Under the pieces are notes generated by a model that saw only the letters and a program-made list of their open reading frames with translations, was not told the origin of the DNA and searched no databases. DNA of 64,000 nt from a bacterium (lineage in GTDB: Bacteria > UBA8248 > JACPRG01 > G963555815), in the NCBI GenBank assembly GCA_965261595.1, contig CBDHDG010000004.1, forward strand, positions 800,001 to 864,000, in the 5' to 3' direction. Position 1 is the stretch's first letter. Every line of letters starts with the position of its first letter. The translations under genes were made by a program, and so were the position numbers. This document shows, in pieces, positions 41,709-53,359 of the stretch.

Positions 41709-42460
41709 TCCTCTCCCTTCGGCCCGGCCGGATCCGGGCCCGGGTCGGCGACGCCCTCGACGCGGCTCAGGACCTCCCGGTAGGCCTCCTCGACGCCGCC
41801 GAGGTCTCTGCGAAATCGGTCCTTGTCCAGCTTCTTGCGCGTCTTGGCGTCCCAGAGACGGCAGCCGTCCGGGGTGATCTCATCGGCCAGGAAAATCTCC
41901 CCGGCTGCGTCCCGCCCGAACTCGACCTTGAAGTCCACCAGCAGGATGTCCCGCGCGAGGAAGAACGCCTTCAAGAGATCATTGATGTGCGCGGTGGCTT
42001 GCCGGATCCAGCGCAGCGTCTCCTCGTCGCACAAGCCGAACACCAGGACATGGTCCTCGTTGAGAAACGGGTCGCCCAGGTCGTCCCGCTTGTAATACCA
42101 CTCGATGATGGGCCGGGAGAGCTCGCCTCCCTCATCGAGCCCCATGCGCTTGGCCAGGCTGCCGGCGACGAGGTTCCGCGCGACCATTTCGAGCGGGATG
42201 ATATCGAGACGCCGGACGAGCATTTCCCGGTCGCTGAGCTTCTCGATGAAATGGGTCCGGACGCCCTGCGACTCCAGGTGCTGAAAGGCCAGCGTGGAGA
42301 TGGTGTTGTTCATCACGCCCTTGTCGGCGATGGTCCCCCGCTTCTCGGCGTTGAAGGCGGTGGCGTCGTCCTTGAAATACTGGATCACCTTGTCCGGGGC
42401 GTCCGTGGCGTACAGAATTTTCGCCTTGCCCTCATACAGTTTTTCTCGTTTTTCCACCAA
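41705..42460 (-). CDS. purC: SAICAR synthetase
   Basis: YEGKAK, FKDDATAFN, LVDFKVEFG, LDKDRFR. Confidence 0.97.
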   Translation of the reverse strand: MVEKREKLYEGKAKILYATDAPDKVIQYFKDDATAFNAEKRGTIADKGVMNNTISTLAFQHLESQGVRTHFIEKLSDREMLVRRLDIIPLEMVARNLVAGSLAKRMGLDEGGELSRPIIEWYYKRDDLGDPFLNEDHVLVFGLCDEETLRWIRQATAHINDLLKAFFLARDILLVDFKVEFGRDAAGEIFLADEITPDGCRLWDAKTRKKLDKDRFRRDLGGVEEAYREVLSRVEGVADPGPDPAGPKGED

Positions 42461-42472
42461 AGGACCTTCCCC

Positions 42473-43783
42473 CTATTCGGATTTTCTGGGATTGAACACC
42501 CGCTCGAAGATCGCGTTCACATGCGCGAGGTGGTCTTTCAGCTCAAAGCACCGCTTCAGGGTCTCGGCGTCCAGGCGCTCCCGGACCTCGGGGTCCTCGG
42601 CCAGAACGGACTGAAAATCCTCCCCCCCCCCCTCCATCGCCCGAAAGGCGCAGCGCTGGACCATCTCGTACGCCCCTTGGCGCGAAAGCCCGGAACGGAT
42701 CAGGGCCAACAGGACCTGCTCGGAATGGAACAGCCCCCCGCCCATCGCCAGGTTCCGCTCCATGGCCTCCTCGTGAATCACGAGGCCGTCGAGCAAGCCC
42801 GTCAGCTTCACCAGCAGGGTGTCCACCAGAATCGTCGAATCGGGCAGGATGACCCGCTCCACCGAGGAATGGCTGATGTCCCGCTCGTGCCACAGGGGGA
42901 CGTTCTGAAGGGCGGCGGCGGCGTTCACGCCCACCAGACGCGAGAGGCCGACGAGCTGCTCCGAGACAATCGGGTTCCGCTTGTGCGGCATGGCCGAGGA
43001 GCCCTTCTGTCCCTGGCCGAATCCTTCCGACACCTCCCCCACCTCGGACCGGGAGAGGCTCCGGATCTCGGTGGCGACTTTCGCCACCGACGCCGCGGTG
43101 ATCGCCAAGGCCGACAGGTACTCGGCATGGCGGTCCCGTTGGATGATTTGCGAGGAAGCAGGCGCGGGACGAAGGCCCAGCCGCCCGCAGACGAACGCCT
43201 CCACCTCGGGCGAGAGGTGCGCGTACGTCCCCACCGCTCCCGAGATCATCCCGACCCGGACACCCTCCATCGCCCGGGCGACCCGCTCCTCGTTCCTCGC
43301 GAACTCACCATACCAAAGGGCCAGCTTGAGGCCGAAGGTCGTCGGCTCGGCCTGCATCCCGTGGGTTCTGCCGATCAGGGCCCGGTCCTTGAGCTCCCAG
43401 GCGCGCCGGTGAAGGACCGCTTTGAGACCGGCCAGGTCCTGAAGGATCAATCGGGCCGCCTCGACCATCTGCATGGACAGGGAGGTGTCCAGGATGTCGC
43501 TGGATGTCAGGCCCAGGTGGAGATGGCGGGCCGCCTCCCCCGCCTGCTCCTCCACATGGGTCAGAAAGGCGATGACATCGTGGCGCGTGGTCTTCTCGAT
43601 CTCCGCAACGCGGCCGGGGTCCGGAACAACAGCCTTGCGGACGGCTTCAGCCGTGCCGGGGGGGACTTGGCCGAGACCTTCCATGGCCTCGCAGGCCAGG
43701 CACTCGATCTCCAGCCAGTTCGCCAGCTTGGTCTCTTCCGACCAGAGGGCGGTCATTTCGGGCCGGGAATATCGGGGGATCAT
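42473..43783 (-). CDS. purB: Adenylosuccinate lyase
   Basis: [25 protein letters not shown]. Confidence 0.97.
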   Translation of the reverse strand: MIPRYSRPEMTALWSEETKLANWLEIECLACEAMEGLGQVPPGTAEAVRKAVVPDPGRVAEIEKTTRHDVIAFLTHVEEQAGEAARHLHLGLTSSDILDTSLSMQMVEAARLILQDLAGLKAVLHRRAWELKDRALIGRTHGMQAEPTTFGLKLALWYGEFARNEERVARAMEGVRVGMISGAVGTYAHLSPEVEAFVCGRLGLRPAPASSQIIQRDRHAEYLSALAITAASVAKVATEIRSLSRSEVGEVSEGFGQGQKGSSAMPHKRNPIVSEQLVGLSRLVGVNAAAALQNVPLWHERDISHSSVERVILPDSTILVDTLLVKLTGLLDGLVIHEEAMERNLAMGGGLFHSEQVLLALIRSGLSRQGAYEMVQRCAFRAMEGGGEDFQSVLAEDPEVRERLDAETLKRCFELKDHLAHVNAIFERVFNPRKSE

Positions 43784-43816
43784 GGAAACTCCCGTTGTAT
43801 CAAGCCGCGAGGGATC

Positions 43817-44599
43817 TCATCCCGCGGAAAGCCGCAAAACCTTGGGTGCATTCCGGCTTGCCACCTCAAATCTCGTGGCGTATCCGTTCAAGTGTTGAGC
43901 CGCCGTCCGGCGGACCAGGTCGGGGTGATTATTGGTTTCGCTCAGATGCGCGAGGATGACCGCGCCCAACCCCCGGTGAGCGACGCTCCCCAAGAGCCCG
44001 CCCGCCTCCTCGTTCGACAGATGGCCGCCGGGACCCGCGATTCGCTCCTTCAAAAAGGGCGGATAGGGTCCGCTCGCCAGCATGTCCGGGTCGTGGTTGA
44101 ACTCCAACACCAGCCCGTGGACGCCGGAAAGCTCCGATACGACCTCCTGCCGGATCTCCCCCATGTCCGTCGCGATTCCCACCCTGATTCCCCCGGCCTC
44201 CAGGATGAAGCCCACCGGCTCTTCCGCGTCATGGGGCGTCGGAAACGCCCGGACGGCCCAAGCGCCGAGCTGGAAAGGGCGAAGGGCCCGGAACGTCTCG
44301 ACCCGGGAATCCGGCGCCCAATCCCAGGGCTGCCGGGACAACGCGCGAAGCGTCCCCTCGGTCATGTAAGCGGGAAACGGGTTTCGCTTCATCAAAACGG
44401 GCATGCCTTTGACATGATCGCTGTGCTCGTGGCTCACCAGGAGCGCCCGGACATTTTCCATCGAGCCGCCGATGCCCGAAATCCGCCGCTCGATCTGGAG
44501 GCGGGAGATCCCCGCGTCGATCAGCAAGGCGTCCCCCCCCGACTCCAGATAGATGGCGTTTCCGCCGCTGCCGCTGGCCAATACCGCGATTTGAATCAT
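43817..44599 (-). CDS. MBL-fold metallo-hydrolase (YycJ/WalJ-like)
   Basis: ASGSGGN, SHEHSDH, PHDA, GHLSN, AHLS. Confidence 0.9.
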   Translation of the reverse strand: MIQIAVLASGSGGNAIYLESGGDALLIDAGISRLQIERRISGIGGSMENVRALLVSHEHSDHVKGMPVLMKRNPFPAYMTEGTLRALSRQPWDWAPDSRVETFRALRPFQLGAWAVRAFPTPHDAEEPVGFILEAGGIRVGIATDMGEIRQEVVSELSGVHGLVLEFNHDPDMLASGPYPPFLKERIAGPGGHLSNEEAGGLLGSVAHRGLGAVILAHLSETNNHPDLVRRTAAQHLNGYATRFEVASRNAPKVLRLSAG

Positions 44600-44626
44600 C
44601 CGTCTCCCTTGTTTCCTCCGCCCGCC

Positions 44627-45604
44627 TCAGGAAAGACGGTCCCGCACCATCGTATAGAGAAGCGGAAAGAGGATCTCGTGGTGCCCGGTGATTTGAAAGC
44701 CCCGTCCACCCGGAATCGTGGGACGCTGAACGACGTTCTCCCTCGGCCGGTAGTGCTGGATCATGTCCAGGTTGGCCGTGACGATTCCGTGCGGTTTGCC
44801 CTTCAGGTTCCGGGCGATGTTGACGGCCTTCAGGAAAACCTCGGGCATGATAACGGCCGAGCCCAGATTGAGGTACACCCCGCCGCCCTCCAGTCCTAGA
44901 ACCGCTTCGGAGAAAACGTGAAAATCCCGGAAGGCGGCGAGGCCGAGGGCCGCTCCGTCATGACCAGGGTGCATGTGAACGATGTCCGTCCCGATGGCTA
45001 CGTGGAGGGTCGCGGGAATCCCGCGCGCGTACGCAGCCGCCAGCAAACTCAGATCCCGGTGGGGAAACGCCCCCTCCGCGATGTGCCGCCCCACCGCCTG
45101 ACCCAATCCGCACCCTTCCCGGCCGGCCAGCGCGACGGCGTCCCAGTAGGCCCGTCCGGTCTCCTCGGCCATGCCGAAAGCGCCCTCGGGCAGCCCCTCG
45201 GCGACCTCCTCGGAGGTGTGTCCCTGCATGGCCATTTCGATGTCGTGAACGGCCAGCGCCCCGCCGGCGGCCAGGGCGTTCACGAACCCGCGATTCATCA
45301 GGTCGATGATCAGACGGCTCAACCCGACCTTGACGGGATGAGCGCCCATCCCGAGGATCACCGAACGACCCCCGGAGACCGCGGCGGCCCAGGCGTCGGC
45401 CAGCGTCTTGATGTCGCTTCCCTTCAAGATCGACGGGATCAGGTCCTCAAGAGACCGGCCGGGGGGTGAGTACGCCTCGGGGTCGGCCAGAAGATCCTTT
45501 TGCACCTTGCTCCGCCGGGTCGTCAGGGGCGCCGTCTTCGCCCCGGAGAAGTCCATCGACTTGTGCGGCCCCTTGCCGGAAGGTTCGGATATCGGACGGT
45601 TCAA
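44627..45604 (-). CDS. Conserved hypothetical protein, deoxyhypusine-synthase-like fold
   Basis: GAHPVKVG, HDIE, GTDIVHMH, GSAVIMPEVFLK, GHHEI. Confidence 0.65.
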   Translation of the reverse strand: MNRPISEPSGKGPHKSMDFSGAKTAPLTTRRSKVQKDLLADPEAYSPPGRSLEDLIPSILKGSDIKTLADAWAAAVSGGRSVILGMGAHPVKVGLSRLIIDLMNRGFVNALAAGGALAVHDIEMAMQGHTSEEVAEGLPEGAFGMAEETGRAYWDAVALAGREGCGLGQAVGRHIAEGAFPHRDLSLLAAAYARGIPATLHVAIGTDIVHMHPGHDGAALGLAAFRDFHVFSEAVLGLEGGGVYLNLGSAVIMPEVFLKAVNIARNLKGKPHGIVTANLDMIQHYRPRENVVQRPTIPGGRGFQITGHHEILFPLLYTMVRDRLS

Positions 45605-47190
45605 CGCCTCCCCCCTCCCCCCGCCCCGCCCCCCCCGCCCCGCCGGATGGCTTCGACCCGCGAGGACGTGGAGAAACCGGGCAGCAGCGGGATCAACTCG
45701 ACGCGGCCCCCGGCGCCCTCAACCAGGTCCCGCCCGACCACCTCGTCCAGCCGATAGTCGCCCCCCTTGACCAGAACGTCGGGCCGCAGCGCCCGGATGA
45801 GGCGGAGCGGCGTCTGCTCGGCGAAGATGGACACGTAATCCACAAACCGGAGGGAGACCAGCATCTCGGCCCGCTCGTCCTCGCCGATGAGGGGCCGGCC
45901 CGTCCCCTTGAGCCTCCGGACGGAGGCGTCATCGTTCAACCCCACGACGAGCAGGTCTCCCCGCGCCCGGGCGCGCTGCAACAGATGAAGGTGGCCGGTG
46001 TGCATCATGTCGAAGCATCCGTTGGTGAACACCACCCGGTCGCCCCGGGCCCGGGCTTCGGCCAACCGCCTCTTGAGCGCGTCGCGCGAGAGGATCTTCA
46101 AGCCCGACGCGGAAAGCCCCCCGCCCATGACGCGGGCCAGGGCTTCGGGCTCCACGACCGCGGTCCCGACCATCCCGACGACGATCCCCGCCGCGGCGGT
46201 CGCGAGGCGCGCCGCGTCCGCCAGGGAAGACCCGCCGAAGGCGGCCATCCCCATCACGGCGGCCACCGTGTCGCCCGCCCCTGTGACATCATAAACCTGG
46301 TGGGTCTGCGACACGGGGACATGCGTCTTTCGGGGCCTCGCGCCCCCGGCTTCGAACAGGTCCATGCCCTCCGCGCCCCGCGTAACGAGAAGCGCCCGGA
46401 CGCCCGTTCTCCCCATCAGCCAACGGGCGCGTCTGTCCAGATCGGGCCCGCCATCCTCGCGGCCGGCCATCTCGCGGGTCGCCTCGATCAATTCCCGGGC
46501 GTTGGGCGTCAGGATGTCCGCCCTCCGGTGCCTCGTGAAGTCCCGCCCTTTCGGGTCCACGAGGACAAAGGGGCGGCCCTTGTCGGAGCGTTTCTTCTTC
46601 GCCGCGGCCGAGACGCCGAAGACCGCCGCCAGCACCCCCTTGCCCAACACCCCCTTGGCGTAATCGGAGCAGATGATCCCCGAAGCGCCGCGTCCGAGAC
46701 GCCGGACACTCGCCGCCACGCGCCGCTCCTCATCCGCCCCGAGGGGAAGGACCCGCTCCCGGTCTATCCGGAGGATGTGCTGTCCGCGCGCGATGACCCG
46801 CGTCTTCTGGCTGGTGGGCCGGCCGGCGACGGCCAGGACGCCCGAGGTGTCCACGCCCTTCTTGCGCAGGCGCCCGACCAGCCTTCTTCCCGGCGCGTCC
46901 TTGCCGACAACGCCGATCAACCGGACGCGGCAGCCCAAAGAGGCCAGGTTCAAGGCGACATTGGCGGCCCCGCCCGGCGCGTCCGCCTCCCGCTCCCACC
47001 GGAGCACCTGGACCGGGGCCTCGGGTGACACCCGGTCCACCTCCCCCCAGACGAAGTGGTCGTACAGGATGTCTCCGACGACGACCACCGGCCCCAACCG
47101 GCCGGCGTCAAGCGGCGCGGGGGCTCCCTTGGACCGGCGGCCGGAGGGACGCGCGGACGCGCGGGATCGGCCCGCGCCCCGGCTAGCCAC
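45601..47190 (-). CDS. hldE: Bifunctional heptose 7-phosphate kinase / heptose 1-phosphate adenylyltransferase
   Basis: RVSPEAPV, GGAANVA, SDYAKG, DVTGAGDT, FTNGCFD..H.GH, VKGGDY; GTG start overlapping the gmhA end inferred. Confidence 0.93.
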   Translation of the reverse strand: MASRGAGRSRASARPSGRRSKGAPAPLDAGRLGPVVVVGDILYDHFVWGEVDRVSPEAPVQVLRWEREADAPGGAANVALNLASLGCRVRLIGVVGKDAPGRRLVGRLRKKGVDTSGVLAVAGRPTSQKTRVIARGQHILRIDRERVLPLGADEERRVAASVRRLGRGASGIICSDYAKGVLGKGVLAAVFGVSAAAKKKRSDKGRPFVLVDPKGRDFTRHRRADILTPNARELIEATREMAGREDGGPDLDRRARWLMGRTGVRALLVTRGAEGMDLFEAGGARPRKTHVPVSQTHQVYDVTGAGDTVAAVMGMAAFGGSSLADAARLATAAAGIVVGMVGTAVVEPEALARVMGGGLSASGLKILSRDALKRRLAEARARGDRVVFTNGCFDMMHTGHLHLLQRARARGDLLVVGLNDDASVRRLKGTGRPLIGEDERAEMLVSLRFVDYVSIFAEQTPLRLIRALRPDVLVKGGDYRLDEVVGRDLVEGAGGRVELIPLLPGFSTSSRVEAIRRGGGGGAGGGGRR

Positions 47191-47851
47191 GCGCGCTTCC
47201 CTTTTTCCCCGCCGCAGATCCTCCGGGGGACGTCTTACCGCGCTTCCGTCCGACCCGGGGCGCCCTGAGGCGGCGGTCGACCTCTTCGCAAAGAACGTGA
47301 AGCAGGAATCCATGCGCTTCTTGAATCAAGGGGACCTCGGCGCCGGGCACGATCAAGGCAGTATCGGCCGCACGCTTCGCCCTTCCCCCGGCCCCGCCCA
47401 GGAAGGCCGCCGTATGCGCCCCGCGCTTCCCGGCCGCGCGAAGGCCGCGGATCACGTTTTCGGAGCCGCCGGTCGTGCTGATGCCGATGGCCACGTCCCC
47501 CGGCAGGGTCAGGGCATCGATCTGGCGCTCGAAGATCCGCTCAAAGCCGTAGTCGTTGCCGATGGCCGTCAGGATGGAGGAGTCGGTCGTCAAGGCGATG
47601 GCGGGCAAGGGGTTCCGCTCGGTGAGGAAGCGACCCACCCATTCGGCGGCGACGTGCTGGGCGGCGGCGGCGCTGCCCCCGTTTCCGAACAGCAGGACCT
47701 TTCGGTCGCGGGCCATGGCTCGGGCGACGACGTCAGACAATCGATCCAACTGGTTTCCAAAATCGCCCTGCCGGAGGTTTTCAAAGAGGGTGATCCGGCG
47801 GGCAAGGGCGTGAACCCAGAAATCCGGTCCGGGAGGATTCTTTTCGGTCAT
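47183..47851 (-). CDS. gmhA: D-sedoheptulose 7-phosphate isomerase
   Basis: GNGGSAA.AQH, GNDYGF, IQEAH. Confidence 0.93.
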   Translation of the reverse strand: MTEKNPPGPDFWVHALARRITLFENLRQGDFGNQLDRLSDVVARAMARDRKVLLFGNGGSAAAAQHVAAEWVGRFLTERNPLPAIALTTDSSILTAIGNDYGFERIFERQIDALTLPGDVAIGISTTGGSENVIRGLRAAGKRGAHTAAFLGGAGGRAKRAADTALIVPGAEVPLIQEAHGFLLHVLCEEVDRRLRAPRVGRKRGKTSPGGSAAGKKGSARG

Positions 47852-47919
47852 GAATCAAATTCCAAACCCAAGGCCCTTCGCGTTGGGCGGCATTCGGACG
47901 CCTCCCGGTTTCATCTCCC

Positions 47920-48639
47920 TCACAAGGCCCCCTGGTCCGCGAAGCTGTAATAATCGCCTTCCCCGACGATGATGTGGTCCAGAACGCGGATGCCGAGGAG
48001 ATCGCCCGTCTCTTTCAGCCGCCGGGTCAGCCGGCGGTCCGCCTCGCTGGGGGCGGGGTCTCCGCTCGGATGGTTGTGGGCGAAAACCACGGCGGCGGCC
48101 GATTCTTTAACCGCGGGCGCGAACGCCTCCCGGGGATGGACGACGCTCTCATTCAACGACCCCAGCGAAATCGTCTCGACCTTCAACAGATGATTTTTCG
48201 TGCTCAACAGCGCCACCTGGAAGAGCTCCTTCTGCCGGGCGCGCAGGCGGGGCGCGAAGTAGGCCGCCGCCTCCTCGGAGGAGCCGAGCGCGCGGTCCTT
48301 CTCCCCTCCGGCGAGGAAGCGCCGCCCCAGCTCCAGCGCGGCCTTGACCTGGGCCGCCTTGGCGGGGCCGATGCCCCGGATCGAGCAGATGTCGTTCACA
48401 CCGGCCTTCTCGATCCCCCGAAGATCCTCGAACCGGTAGAGCAGGGAGCGCGCTAAATCCAGCGCGCCGCCGCCGCCGGCCCCCGGCCCGCTGCCGGTTC
48501 GGAGGATGATCGCCAGAAGCTCCACGTCGCCCATCTCCTCCGCGCCCCGGGCCAGAAGCCGCTCCCGGGGACGCGCCTGCTCGGGCCATTCCCGGATGGA
48601 GGTCGGATAGGGCTTCGCGGCATCCGGCGGGCGCATCAT
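47920..48639 (-). CDS. radC: RadC family JAB-domain protein
   Basis: RPRERL, ELLAIIL, GIGPAKA, HNHPSGD, LDHII. Confidence 0.95.
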   Translation of the reverse strand: MMRPPDAAKPYPTSIREWPEQARPRERLLARGAEEMGDVELLAIILRTGSGPGAGGGGALDLARSLLYRFEDLRGIEKAGVNDICSIRGIGPAKAAQVKAALELGRRFLAGGEKDRALGSSEEAAAYFAPRLRARQKELFQVALLSTKNHLLKVETISLGSLNESVVHPREAFAPAVKESAAAVVFAHNHPSGDPAPSEADRRLTRRLKETGDLLGIRVLDHIIVGEGDYYSFADQGAL

Positions 48640-48683
48640 GATCGCTCCCTTCCCTCCTCCCCCCGCCGGTCCTCGGCAGCGCG

Positions 48684-49625
48684 TCAGGAAGACACCTTTC
48701 GCCGGAAATACTCCAGCGTGTCGCGCAGGCCCTCGTCGAGGGCCACGGCGGGCTGCCAGCCCAAAATCTCCCGGGCCCGCGAGATGTCCGGCTGGCGCAC
48801 CTTCGGGTCATCCTCCGGGAGGGGCTTGATCTCGATTACGCTCCGGCTTCCGGTCGCCTCGATGATCACCCGCGCCAGCTCCCCGATGGTGATCTCGTTG
48901 GGGTTTCCGAGGTTGACCGGCTCGGCGCAGTCCGAGCGCGAGAGCCGGACGATCCCCTCGATCAGGTCCGAGATGTAACAAAAGCTCCGGGTTTGGCTTC
49001 CGTCGCCGAAAACCGTGATGGGCTCGTTTCGGAGGGCCTGCGTCAGGAAGGTGGGGACGGCCCGCCCGTCCTGAAGCCGCATCCGGGGGCCGTAGGTGTT
49101 GAAGATGCGGGGGATGCGGGTCTTGAGCGAGTGAAACCGGTGGTAGGCCATCACGAGGGCTTCGCCGTAACGCTTGGCCTCGTCGTACACCCCCCGGGGG
49201 CCGATGGGGTTCACGTTACCCCAGCAATCCTCCTTTTGGGGGTGAACGAGCGGGTCGCCGTAGACCTCGGACGTGGAGGCCAGGGTGAGCACGGCCCCTT
49301 TCGCCTTGGCGAGCCCGAGGGCGTTCAAGGTCCCGAGGGCCCCGACCTTGAGGGTCTGAATCGGATATTCCAGGTAATCGACGGGGCTGGCGGGCGAGGC
49401 GAAGTGATAGACATAATCCAACTTGCCCGGGACGGCCAGGAAGTGGGTGACGTCATACTTGATCATGTGGAACCGGCCGCTCGAAAGGTGGGAGACGTTT
49501 TCGTCGTTCCCGGTCAGCAGGTTGTCCATGCAGATCACTTCGTGGCCGTCGGCCAACAGGCGCTCGCACAGATAGGACCCGAGAAAGCCGGCCCCCCCCG
49601 TGACCAGGCTCCGTGGAGGCGCCAT
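48684..49625 (-). CDS. UDP-glucuronate decarboxylase-family SDR
   Basis: [35 protein letters not shown]. Confidence 0.92.
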   Translation of the reverse strand: MAPPRSLVTGGAGFLGSYLCERLLADGHEVICMDNLLTGNDENVSHLSSGRFHMIKYDVTHFLAVPGKLDYVYHFASPASPVDYLEYPIQTLKVGALGTLNALGLAKAKGAVLTLASTSEVYGDPLVHPQKEDCWGNVNPIGPRGVYDEAKRYGEALVMAYHRFHSLKTRIPRIFNTYGPRMRLQDGRAVPTFLTQALRNEPITVFGDGSQTRSFCYISDLIEGIVRLSRSDCAEPVNLGNPNEITIGELARVIIEATGSRSVIEIKPLPEDDPKVRQPDISRAREILGWQPAVALDEGLRDTLEYFRRKVSS

Positions 49626-50917
49626 CAGGCTTTCCCCATGCAGTGGTATTCGAACCCGAGCCTCTTCGTCCGCTCCACGTCGTAGATGTTGCGTCCGTCG
49701 AAAATCAGGGGCCGGGCCATCAGCTCTTTGAGGCGGACCAGGTTCAGCTGGCGGAACTCCCGCCATTCGGTCACGACCACGAGGGCGTCCGCCCCCTCGG
49801 CCGCGGCATAGGCGCTGGGGCAGAACTCCACCCCGTTCAGGATGGACCGGGCGTTGTCCATCGCCACCGGATCATACGCTTTGACCTTGGCGCCTTCTTC
49901 GAGAAGCGCCCGGATGACCTCGACCGACTTGGCGTCGCGCATGTCGTCGGTGTTGTCCTTGAAGGCCAGGCCCAGAACGCCCACGACTTTTCCCTTCAGA
50001 CTCCCCATGCTCTTGCGGATGATGTCGAGCAGGTGCGGCGCGCGCTCCCGGTTGACGGAAAGCACTTCCTTGAGCAGTTTGAAATCGTATCCGAGCTCCC
50101 CGGACTTGTGGACGAAGGACTCGACGTCTTTCGGGAAGCACGACCCGCCGAACCCGAGTCCGGGATAGAGGAACCCCCGGCCGATGCGGGAGTCGTACCC
50201 CATGCCCTTGGCCACGTCGTCCACGTTCGCCCCGGCCTGCTCGCAGACGTTCGCCACGGCGTTGATGAAGGAGATCTTCATGGCCAGGAAGGCGTTGCTG
50301 GCGTATTTGATGATCTCCGCGCTCGGCACGTCGGTGATGAGCATCGGGCGCTCGAGGGGCGCGTAGAGCTCGAGCAGCCTCATGGCGACGGTCTTGTTGG
50401 GCGCGCCGATGACGATCCGGTCCGGCGCCAGGGTGTCCTGGATGGCCGAGCCCTCGCGCAGGAACTCGGGATTCGATACGACGTCGAACCGCACGGACTT
50501 GCGCTTGTGGCGCTCGATGATGTCGGAAACCAAGGCCCCGGTCCCGACCGGGACGGTGCTCTTGTTGACGATGACCTTGTAATCGTCGATGGCGTGGGCG
50601 ATGGCCGCGGCGGCGCTCTCCACGTAGGAGAGATCGGTCTCGCCGTCGTCCTTGGGCGGCGTGCCGACACAGATGAAGATCAGCTCCGAGTCGCGGACCA
50701 GCCGGTGCACATCGATCGTAAAGCTCAGGCGGCCGCCCTCCACGTTGCGGTGGATCATCTCATCCAAGCCGGTCTCGTAGATCGGCACCTCGCCCCGGTT
50801 CAACCGCTCGACTTTCTCCTCGTCGATATCGGCGCAGATCACGTCGTTTCCGAGGTCCGCGAAAACCGCGCCCGTCACCAGGCCCACATAGCCGATCCCG
50901 ATCACTCCGATTTCCAT
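49625..50917 (-). CDS. ugd: UDP-glucose 6-dehydrogenase
   Basis: [32 protein letters not shown]. Confidence 0.95.
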   Translation of the reverse strand: MEIGVIGIGYVGLVTGAVFADLGNDVICADIDEEKVERLNRGEVPIYETGLDEMIHRNVEGGRLSFTIDVHRLVRDSELIFICVGTPPKDDGETDLSYVESAAAAIAHAIDDYKVIVNKSTVPVGTGALVSDIIERHKRKSVRFDVVSNPEFLREGSAIQDTLAPDRIVIGAPNKTVAMRLLELYAPLERPMLITDVPSAEIIKYASNAFLAMKISFINAVANVCEQAGANVDDVAKGMGYDSRIGRGFLYPGLGFGGSCFPKDVESFVHKSGELGYDFKLLKEVLSVNRERAPHLLDIIRKSMGSLKGKVVGVLGLAFKDNTDDMRDAKSVEVIRALLEEGAKVKAYDPVAMDNARSILNGVEFCPSAYAAAEGADALVVVTEWREFRQLNLVRLKELMARPLIFDGRNIYDVERTKRLGFEYHCMGKA

Positions 50918-50950
50918 TCAAAAAGCTCCCCAAAAATGATTCCCCGGCAT

Positions 50951-51862
50951 TCAACCCTCCAAGAGGGCGCCGCGCAAGATCAGATAATCACGAAGGGCCT
51001 CGGCCCAGGACCGAAGGGGGCGTCCCGTCCAGCCCCGATAGGCCGATCCGTCCAGGACGGAATAGGCCGGACGCGGCGCCTTGCGGCCGAGAAGCCGCGC
51101 CGAGGTCGGCTCCACAATGACGGGGTCCTGCCCGGCGGCCGAGAGGATCTCCCGCGCGAAATCGTACCACGTGCACTCGCCGCCCCCGGTGACGTTCACC
51201 ACCCCCCGGGCTTCGGTCCGCAGCAGCGCCTTGAGGGCCCCCGCCAGGTCCGCCGAATAGGTCGGGGCGCCGCGCTGATCGTTCACCACGCGGACCGGCT
51301 CGCCGAGGGCGCCCTTTTCCAAAATCGCGTCAACGAAGTTCCGCCCCGCCGGGCCGTAGACCCACGCGGTCCGGACAATCAGGGAGTCCGCCGGGCCGTG
51401 CGCCCGGACCGCTTCCTCCCCCTCCCACTTGGTGGCCCCGTAGACCCCGAGGGGGGAAATGGGGTCGTCCTCCCGGTAGGGCCGGTCGGATGTGCCGTCG
51501 AACACGTAATCGGTGCTGAGGTGGATAAGCCGGCATCCGAGGGAGGCGCACGTCCGGGCCACGTTGGCCGCCCCGGCCGCGTTCACCGCGCGGGCCGCGT
51601 CCGGCTCCTCCTCGGCCGCGTCGACCTTCGTATACGCCGCGGCATGAATGACGGCGTCTGGGGAGATTTCTTCCAGCTTCCCCTGGACCGCTTCGGGCCG
51701 CGTAATGTCCAGGTCGGCGCGGGTCAGGCCGACGGCCACCATCGCGTCCGGCCCCTCCGGCAGGCATGCCCGCAGGGCCGTCCCGAGGATTCCCCCGGCG
51801 CCTGTGATCGCGACCCGGCGGGTCCCAACCCGGCGGCTCTTCCTGCCCTCAGCGTCCGGCAT
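50951..51862 (-). CDS. rfbD: dTDP-4-dehydrorhamnose reductase
   Basis: GAGGILG, AAYTKVD, STDYVFDG, YGATK. Confidence 0.93.
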   Translation of the reverse strand: MPDAEGRKSRRVGTRRVAITGAGGILGTALRACLPEGPDAMVAVGLTRADLDITRPEAVQGKLEEISPDAVIHAAAYTKVDAAEEEPDAARAVNAAGAANVARTCASLGCRLIHLSTDYVFDGTSDRPYREDDPISPLGVYGATKWEGEEAVRAHGPADSLIVRTAWVYGPAGRNFVDAILEKGALGEPVRVVNDQRGAPTYSADLAGALKALLRTEARGVVNVTGGGECTWYDFAREILSAAGQDPVIVEPTSARLLGRKAPRPAYSVLDGSAYRGWTGRPLRSWAEALRDYLILRGALLEG

Positions 51863-52868
51863 ACATCTTCTCGTAGTAGGCCCGGTACTCCCCCGCCTTG
51901 ATCCGCCGCCACCAATCGGCGTGGGTCTCATACCACCGGACGGTCGCCGGGAGGCCGTCATCGAGGCGCCGGCCGGGGGACCATCCGGTCGCCGCCTTCA
52001 GTTTGTCCGCGCAAACGGCGTGGCGCAGCACGTGACCGGGCCGGTCCCGGACCCTTCGGATCAGGTCCTTCGGCTTGTCCAGGCACTCCAGGACGGCCTC
52101 GGCCATCTGGAGGATGTTCCGCTCCTCGCCCGTTCCGATGTTGAAGACTTCGCCCTCCGCCCCGTCGGCGTCGATCACCGCGAACAGGGCCCGGACGTGA
52201 TCCTCGACATGAATCCAGTCGCGGCTGTTGAGGCCGTCGCCGTAGACGGGCAGGGGTTCATCCTCCAGGACGTTGGTGATGAAGAGCGGAAGCATTTTCT
52301 CCGGATACTGGTTCGGCCCGTAGTTGTTCGAGCACCGGGTGATCACGACCGGGGTCCCGTGGGTCGCCCAATAGGAGAACGCCAGCCGGTCCCCGCCGGC
52401 CTTGCTGGCGGCGTAGGGGCTTTTGGGCATCAACGCGTCCCGCTCGGCGGACGGCTCGGCCCCGTCGCCGCCAGCGGCTTCCCCGTACACCTCATCGGTC
52501 GAGACCTGGATGAACCGCCGGACGCCGGCGTCCTTCATGGCCTCGAGCAGGACGTAGACGCCCATGACGTCGGTCCGCAGAAAATCGGCGGCGTCGCCGA
52601 TGGAGCGGTCCACGTGGGTCTCGGCGGCGAAATTCACGATCAGGTCTGCTTTGCGGACGAGCGGGCCGACCGCTTCGGCATCGGCGATGTCGCCGCGCTC
52701 GAACGTGTAGCGGGGATCGTTCTCGACGTCCGCCAGGTTTTCCGGCACGCCGGCGTACGTGATCTTGTCCAGGTTGATCACCCGGACGTCCGGCCGCTCG
52801 GCCAACGCCAAACGGACAAAATGGCTACCGATGAAGCCGAGACCGCCCGTGACAAGCCAGGTCTCCAT
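51849..52868 (-). CDS. rfbB: dTDP-glucose 4,6-dehydratase
   Basis: TGGLGFIG, AAETHVDRS, STDEVYG, YAASK, CSNNYGP. Confidence 0.95.
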   Translation of the reverse strand: METWLVTGGLGFIGSHFVRLALAERPDVRVINLDKITYAGVPENLADVENDPRYTFERGDIADAEAVGPLVRKADLIVNFAAETHVDRSIGDAADFLRTDVMGVYVLLEAMKDAGVRRFIQVSTDEVYGEAAGGDGAEPSAERDALMPKSPYAASKAGGDRLAFSYWATHGTPVVITRCSNNYGPNQYPEKMLPLFITNVLEDEPLPVYGDGLNSRDWIHVEDHVRALFAVIDADGAEGEVFNIGTGEERNILQMAEAVLECLDKPKDLIRRVRDRPGHVLRHAVCADKLKAATGWSPGRRLDDGLPATVRWYETHADWWRRIKAGEYRAYYEKMYAGR

Positions 52869-52870
52869 CC

Positions 52871-53359
52871 TCAGCCGTCCTCGCGGGCCCATTCGTAAGG
52901 GATGGGCCCGCCATGGGGGGGGGGGCGGAACTCGTCCGGGTCGTCATAGCGATAGACCTCGGTGGGGATATTGAGGATGATCGCCGGTTCCGGGCTGACG
53001 CCTTTGAAGCCGTGATAAACGAGCCGGGGAATCTGAACGAGAAGCGGGTTCAGGACGCCCATGAAGAATTCGTTGACACATCCGCGGGTCGGGGAGTCCT
53101 CCCGGCTGTCATAGAGAACCACCTTGGCCATCCCACCCACGCAAACGAAGTGGTCGGTCTGGATCTTGTGGTAATGCCAGCCCTTGACAACGCCCGGATA
53201 GACGGCCGTCAGGTACACTTGGCCGAACTTCTGGAAGAGGTCGTCATCGGCCCGGAGCATCTCCATGAGCCAGCCACGCTCGTCGGGGATCCGCTTCAAC
53301 GCCCTGACGACGACGCCCTCGATTCGCTCCGAGGTGATCCGGCCGTCCTTCCCGCTCAC
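52871..53359 (-). CDS. rfbC: dTDP-4-dehydrorhamnose 3,5-epimerase family protein
   Basis: DERGWLME, GVVKGWHYH, DSREDSPT, YHGFK; GTG overlaps the upstream TGA. Confidence 0.85.
   Translation of the reverse strand: MSGKDGRITSERIEGVVVRALKRIPDERGWLMEMLRADDDLFQKFGQVYLTAVYPGVVKGWHYHKIQTDHFVCVGGMAKVVLYDSREDSPTRGCVNEFFMGVLNPLLVQIPRLVYHGFKGVSPEPAIILNIPTEVYRYDDPDEFRPPPHGGPIPYEWAREDG

Noticed and set aside
41987..44899. Long antisense ORFs (970 aa here; also 17070-19121, 38497-40557, 49613-51901 and the 431-aa IS antisense ORFs)
   Set aside because: Shadow frames of well-supported genes in high-GC DNA, with no motifs.
47920..48639. radC as a marker of a mobile or anti-defence element
   Set aside because: Full-length chromosomal type, embedded in a housekeeping operon.
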